From Patescibacteria group bacterium (lineage in GTDB: Bacteria; Patescibacteriota; Microgenomatia; Levybacterales; UBA12049), in the NCBI GenBank assembly GCA_023485715.1, contig JAMCZG010000030.1, forward strand, positions 1 to 40,664: DNA of 40,664 nucleotides, in the 5' to 3' direction. Below are positions 36,327-40,664 of the stretch, piece after piece. Under the pieces are notes generated by a model. It did no database searches. It worked only from the letters and a program-made list of their open reading frames with translations, and was not told the origin of the DNA. Position numbers and translations under genes: made by a program. Position 1 is the stretch's first letter, and every line of letters starts with the position of its first letter.

Positions 36327-37034
36327 ATGAAAATCGTCTTTTTGCTCTCCCCCCATTTCTTAATAAAATATTATTTATATTCCGATATTAAAAAAATTAC
36401 AGCAAAATATAATTTCAGCGGGTCCATAATTGATGTCGGATGCGGAAACAAACCGTATAAAAAATTATTCAATAAAACCAAATCATATAAAGGAATCGAT
36501 TTTAAAACATATTCAAAAAATTTTTCATTTTATGACGAAAAACCAGATTTTTATTTTGATGAAAAATATAATAAAACCTTTAAATTGCCGTTTAAAACAA
36601 ACAATTTTGACAACGCGTTGTCTTTTCAGGTGTTAGAACATCACAAAAAACCCGAAATTATGATAAAAGAAATTTTAAGAATCATAAAAAAAGGGGGTTT
36701 GTTACTTGTAAGTTTCCCCTTAATTTGGGGACTGCACGAAGAACCAAACGACTACTATAGATTTACAGAATACGGAATGAATGAATTAGTCAAAAAATAC
36801 GGGGGAAAGATTATTACAATAAAAAAACAGGGAGCAATATTCTCGACTGTCTCTGTTTTGGCAAATGATTATTTTGTAAATCTAATACAGAAAAATAGAA
36901 TCTTTTATTTGCTGTTATTTGTTTATCCTGCGCTATTGCTTTTTTCTTATTCGTGCTTAATCTTTGACAAAATTTTTTCTTCAGACAAAGTATTTTTAAA
37001 CTATGTTGCATTGATTAAGAAGGAAAGGGTTTAA
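36327..37034 (+). CDS. Class I SAM-dependent methyltransferase
   Basis: IDVGCGNKPY, LPF, QVLEH, LHEEPNDYYRFT. Confidence 0.9.
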   Translation: MKIVFLLSPHFLIKYYLYSDIKKITAKYNFSGSIIDVGCGNKPYKKLFNKTKSYKGIDFKTYSKNFSFYDEKPDFYFDEKYNKTFKLPFKTNNFDNALSFQVLEHHKKPEIMIKEILRIIKKGGLLLVSFPLIWGLHEEPNDYYRFTEYGMNELVKKYGGKIITIKKQGAIFSTVSVLANDYFVNLIQKNRIFYLLLFVYPALLLFSYSCLIFDKIFSSDKVFLNYVALIKKERV

Positions 37035-38136
37035 GTTTTTTACTCATACCAACTACTCTTTTTAAAAAAGAATCGTATTTCGTTGCTGTATCGTCCCATG
37101 TGTATTTTGTTGCCTCTTTTCTTTCATACACGCTCATCTCCAGCCTTTTTTTCCTGTTTGTCGAAATATCGACAATAGCCTTTGCTAATCCGTCTATCTG
37201 AAACGGTTTGACTTTTATCGAAGCTTTCTTCTTGATCCATTCCATTTCTGGAATATCAAAACAGACGATCGGCTTACCCAAGGCCATAGATTCCAAAATA
37301 CTTAAGCTTTGCCCCTCAAAACGAAATGGAAAAACAGTAAATTTTGCATTTTTAAAATAATTGTTTTTAGCTGATCCGGATTTTTTGCCAATAATTCTTA
37401 CTCTTTTACCTAAATCATGCTCCTTAATTAATTCTTTTAATGCTTTCTCTTCCGAAATGGACCCTCCGCCGATTATGTATAAGTCGTCCTCTATAATTTT
37501 AGCTGCATCCGAAAATGCCTTTATAAGTAAATCCAGTCCTTTATGATATATATCTATTCTTCCTATATATAGAATGTAATTTTTCTCTTTTGTTTTGTAT
37601 TCTAGATATGTTTTATCGACCCCGTTGGGAATTACAGTCGATATAATACTTGAATTTAAATTTTTCATCTTTATTTGATGAGTCTTATTTAGAGCAATAA
37701 AATAGTTGTAGAATTTTGCGCCTAATTTCTCGATCAGACTGAAATTAATTTTATATTTTTTACGCATTTTCTCTGAAGCAAAAAAAGAAGATAATCCTAT
37801 AATCGGTATTTTAGTAAATAAAGGAGAAAAACATGTTGATATCGGTGCTGTAAAATGTTCTATTGCAACATCGGCGTTAATATTTCTTACAGTGAGAGGA
37901 AGAGAGATTAAATAAAATAAATTATTGAGCTGGGGATTGGACAAAGCAAGTCCGATGTGTTTATAAACAATACCCTCTTCTTCATAGTCTTTATATTTTG
38001 GGTACTTAGAACAGAAAACCGTTACCGAATTTCCCTTTTGGATCAATCTTTTTCCGATTTCTCTTGTTGCCCTTGCTTGTCCGCTGCCCCAATGTGGATT
38101 TTTTAGATTATCGATATCCAGAAATACGATTTTCAT
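37015..38136 (-). CDS. GT4 glycosyltransferase
   Basis: MKIVFLD (ATGA-coupled start 38136), VIPNGVD, YIGRI..HKGLD, FEGQSLSILESMA, YTWD. Confidence 0.88.
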   Translation of the reverse strand: MKIVFLDIDNLKNPHWGSGQARATREIGKRLIQKGNSVTVFCSKYPKYKDYEEEGIVYKHIGLALSNPQLNNLFYLISLPLTVRNINADVAIEHFTAPISTCFSPLFTKIPIIGLSSFFASEKMRKKYKINFSLIEKLGAKFYNYFIALNKTHQIKMKNLNSSIISTVIPNGVDKTYLEYKTKEKNYILYIGRIDIYHKGLDLLIKAFSDAAKIIEDDLYIIGGGSISEEKALKELIKEHDLGKRVRIIGKKSGSAKNNYFKNAKFTVFPFRFEGQSLSILESMALGKPIVCFDIPEMEWIKKKASIKVKPFQIDGLAKAIVDISTNRKKRLEMSVYERKEATKYTWDDTATKYDSFLKRVVGMSKKLKPFPS

Positions 38137-39344
38137 TTCATTAGCTCCAAAAATTTCTCGGCGCTGTTTTGCCAATTAAATTTTTCTGACCACTTTCTTG
38201 CAGAAACAGACATTTTATCCCTTAGTCTTTTGTTTTTAAGAATTAACAAAGTTTTATATGTAAAGTCGTTGATATTATTAGATTCTGCCAAAAACCCCGT
38301 TTCCGGATTGTTCACAGAATCCCGGAGGCCAGGTACATCTGATGCAATAACCGGCACGCCGCAAGCATTCGCCTCGATAGTCGTAATCCCCCAGCCTTCC
38401 ATTAAAGATGGATTCACAAAAACATACGACTTTTGATATAGACGTATTTTTTCTTCTTCTGTGACCCTGCCTAAAAATTTTATTTTTCCTTCAAGATTCA
38501 GCTGGTTTACTATTTTTTTTAGTTTTGATTTTTCTTCTCCGTCTCCCGCGATAATAAATTCTAATTCAGGAATTTCCCTTAACACTCTTTGTGCCAAATA
38601 AATAAAAAATTTTACATTTTTGTACAACTTTAATCTCCCAAGATACAGAATTAATAATTTTCTTCGCCGTTTTCTTGGTCTTAGTGTCTTTGTATCCACT
38701 CCCGGATGGACAATTTCTATGCCGGCTTTGCCCAAATTGAGTCTTTTTATGTCTTTTTTCGAAGAATCGGAGATAGTTATGAACTTAATTTTTTTATAAA
38801 CTAACGGCATTAATCCATTTTCCAAGAAAGAGGCAAACCACGCCAATGGTTTTATTAAAGTTTTTCTAAACACATTCTGATGGACATGAAACATTAAACA
38901 ATATTTTGTCTTTTTTGCGTAAAGCGGCGTGAAGAACGGAATTCCATTTTGACAGTCGATAATAACATCATATTTATTTCGGAACTTTAAAATGTAATAT
39001 AAGAATGCCCATATATAAACAAAATAAAAACCCCCTCGTCTAACTACTGTAATTCCGTCGACGATTTCGTGTGTTTTAGACTTCCCGTCATTTCCACAAA
39101 AGAGAGTGACCGTGTTTCCGAGTTTTACCCACCTTTTCGCCAATTCATAAATATATACCTCAGCCCCTCCCGAATATCTGTGTTTGATATCCCTCCAGTT
39201 AAAAATAAGAATTTTTTTCCTTTCTCCCAAAAGGCTTATTTCTTCTTTTTGCGTGATAAGATCGAAAAAGTCGATAAAAACACGCGCAAAAAATTTAAAA
39301 TGCCATTTAAGAGTTTTAGAACGATGAGCATCCAGTAAATACAT
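38133..39344 (-). CDS. GT4 glycosyltransferase
   Basis: NWRDIKH..SGGAEVY, YLGRLKLYKN, EGWGITTIEANACG, FNW. Confidence 0.9.
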   Translation of the reverse strand: MYLLDAHRSKTLKWHFKFFARVFIDFFDLITQKEEISLLGERKKILIFNWRDIKHRYSGGAEVYIYELAKRWVKLGNTVTLFCGNDGKSKTHEIVDGITVVRRGGFYFVYIWAFLYYILKFRNKYDVIIDCQNGIPFFTPLYAKKTKYCLMFHVHQNVFRKTLIKPLAWFASFLENGLMPLVYKKIKFITISDSSKKDIKRLNLGKAGIEIVHPGVDTKTLRPRKRRRKLLILYLGRLKLYKNVKFFIYLAQRVLREIPELEFIIAGDGEEKSKLKKIVNQLNLEGKIKFLGRVTEEEKIRLYQKSYVFVNPSLMEGWGITTIEANACGVPVIASDVPGLRDSVNNPETGFLAESNNINDFTYKTLLILKNKRLRDKMSVSARKWSEKFNWQNSAEKFLELMK

Positions 39345-39361
39345 AGACAATATAATGCCGT

Positions 39362-40390
39362 TTAATCTTTATAGCCTGACAGACTCGAAACGAACAAGTG
39401 GTAGTAATAACTAATCCTTACGCGTCTAGTAATATTTGGGGTAAAAAATTTATCTGGCACTTTTCTTATTGCCTTTATTTTTTTTCTCTCGATTAGTAAT
39501 CGGTCTATATTAAATAGATTCCAAACAATCGCTTTTTGAACCGCAAATGCAAGCGAAAATTTAAGAGTAAAAATATACAAAATAGTTATTACTTCACAAA
39601 ATAAAATATGAACGGGAATAATTTTTATTATGGTTTTTATTTCAAGATTTTTTAAATAAGTCCAAATTCTATTCTTATATGAATGAAATTGAATAAAAGA
39701 GACGTCTAATTCTTTTGCCGTCTCTCCTCCCTTATGATAAATAACAGAATGAGAAACGTAGTAAATTTTACTGCCCGACAGCCAAACTCTATGGCAAAGG
39801 TCTGTTTCTTCGAAATAAGCAAAATAATTTTTATCAAATAAGCCCACTTTTTCGATCACGTCCTTTTTAAGAAGCATGCAGGCACCCTTCATCGAGAATA
39901 TTTCTGCTCCCCGGTTGTATTTTTTTGCATCGGGCTTATTGTGTCCAAAATGATATAAGAATCCACTATTTAAAAGATACGAACCGATAGAATCGATAAT
40001 ATCTTTCCTTGGATAAGATAGTATTTTTGGCTGAACTCCGCCTATCGAAGGATTATGTAATTTTTCTACTAACGGTCCCAAAAAATTATCATCGACGATC
40101 GTGTCGTTGTTTAAAAAAAGAATATATTCACCCGTAGAAAGCGAGTACCCGATGTTATTTCCTTCAGCAAATCCCAAATTTTTTTTGTTCCGTATGACGA
40201 TTAAATTCCCGTTGCTCTTTTTTTCTTTCGCTAAATATTCAAGTGTTCCGTCTTTTGAGCCGTTATCTACAATAATAATTTCGATATTTTTATACTTAAT
40301 TTTTTTTAAGGAATACAAGCATTCTTTAAGATTATTTATATTATTCCAATTTACTATTATTACCGATACCTTTTTTTTATTTTTTTTCAT
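39362..40390 (-). CDS. GT2 glycosyltransferase
   Basis: VSVIIVNWN, VDNGSKD, NLGFAEGNN, FLNND, FAYFEETD. Confidence 0.9.
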   Translation of the reverse strand: MKKNKKKVSVIIVNWNNINNLKECLYSLKKIKYKNIEIIIVDNGSKDGTLEYLAKEKKSNGNLIVIRNKKNLGFAEGNNIGYSLSTGEYILFLNNDTIVDDNFLGPLVEKLHNPSIGGVQPKILSYPRKDIIDSIGSYLLNSGFLYHFGHNKPDAKKYNRGAEIFSMKGACMLLKKDVIEKVGLFDKNYFAYFEETDLCHRVWLSGSKIYYVSHSVIYHKGGETAKELDVSFIQFHSYKNRIWTYLKNLEIKTIIKIIPVHILFCEVITILYIFTLKFSLAFAVQKAIVWNLFNIDRLLIERKKIKAIRKVPDKFFTPNITRRVRISYYYHLFVSSLSGYKD

Positions 40391-40664
40391 TAAAATCTTA
40401 TTTCAACAAAATACTTTAAATAAATAATCTCCGGAATTAATTGCATTTTTCTTCCGATCATTATCGGGAATTTTAAAAATTGTATCAGGGGATAGTAAGT
40501 AGAAAAATTAAGAAAATTTTTGGGTTTTCTCGAATAAATTCTGTCGAATTCTTTTTTTGTCAAACCTAATTTCTCGATAACGTAATCTATAATCTCTTCT
40601 TTATACGGGTAATTCGTATTTTGGATTTCCCTTAATGCTTTTTCTCTTGTTAAAATCCCGCATA
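40390..40664 (-). CDS. C-terminus of an N-acetyl sugar amidotransferase (WbpG-like), 5' end beyond the window
   Basis: Not in the ORF track. Manual translation CGILTREKALREIQ...DYVIEKLGLTKKEFDRI...TYYPLIQFLKFP...EIRF*; its TAA overlaps the next ATG. Confidence 0.7.
   Translation of the reverse strand, partial: CGILTREKALREIQNTNYPYKEEIIDYVIEKLGLTKKEFDRIYSRKPKNFLNFSTYYPLIQFLKFPIMIGRKMQLIPEIIYLKYFVEIRF

Noticed and set aside
252..40427. Many short opposite-strand or alternate-frame ORFs (e.g. 654-929, 1956-2309, 13933-14331, 17648-18067, 22644-23072, 32527-32880)
   Set aside because: They are shadows of well-supported genes and show no motifs.

Overview
AT-rich, very densely coded bacterial window, almost all on the minus strand. 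TGA acts as a stop (code 11). Gene content and protein style suggest Patescibacteria/CPR, probably Microgenomates (inference, no search run). Positions 1-7.9 kb hold housekeeping genes: recO, an alpha2-type glycyl-tRNA synthetase, two hypotheticals and a reduced dcw cluster (mraZ-rsmH-ftsL-like-ftsI-murE-pgeF) with clear MraZ boxes. Positions 7.9-40.7 kb form one large surface-glycan locus that runs off the window end. It encodes a DUF4012 protein, a phosphoglycosyl transferase, a Man-1-P guanylyltransferase, about 12 soluble GT2/GT4 genes and five polytopic GT-C-like proteins. One of those five is fused to an O-antigen-ligase-like domain and another to a PsbP-like domain. The locus also has a polyprenol-P-sugar synthase, five SAM methyltransferases, an acyltransferase, an N-acetyl-sugar amidotransferase and an inverted DUF523/TudS gene. 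No rRNA, tRNA, CRISPR array or transposase was recognised. The most unusual signal is a set of 7-bp tandem repeats translated in frame inside unrelated proteins, one carrying a GC-rich hairpin. Other notable signals are a split GT4 gene with slippage-prone tracts at the break, many apparently leaderless promoters and a perfect 19-bp palindrome over a -10 box. Two in-frame premature stops may be assembly errors.
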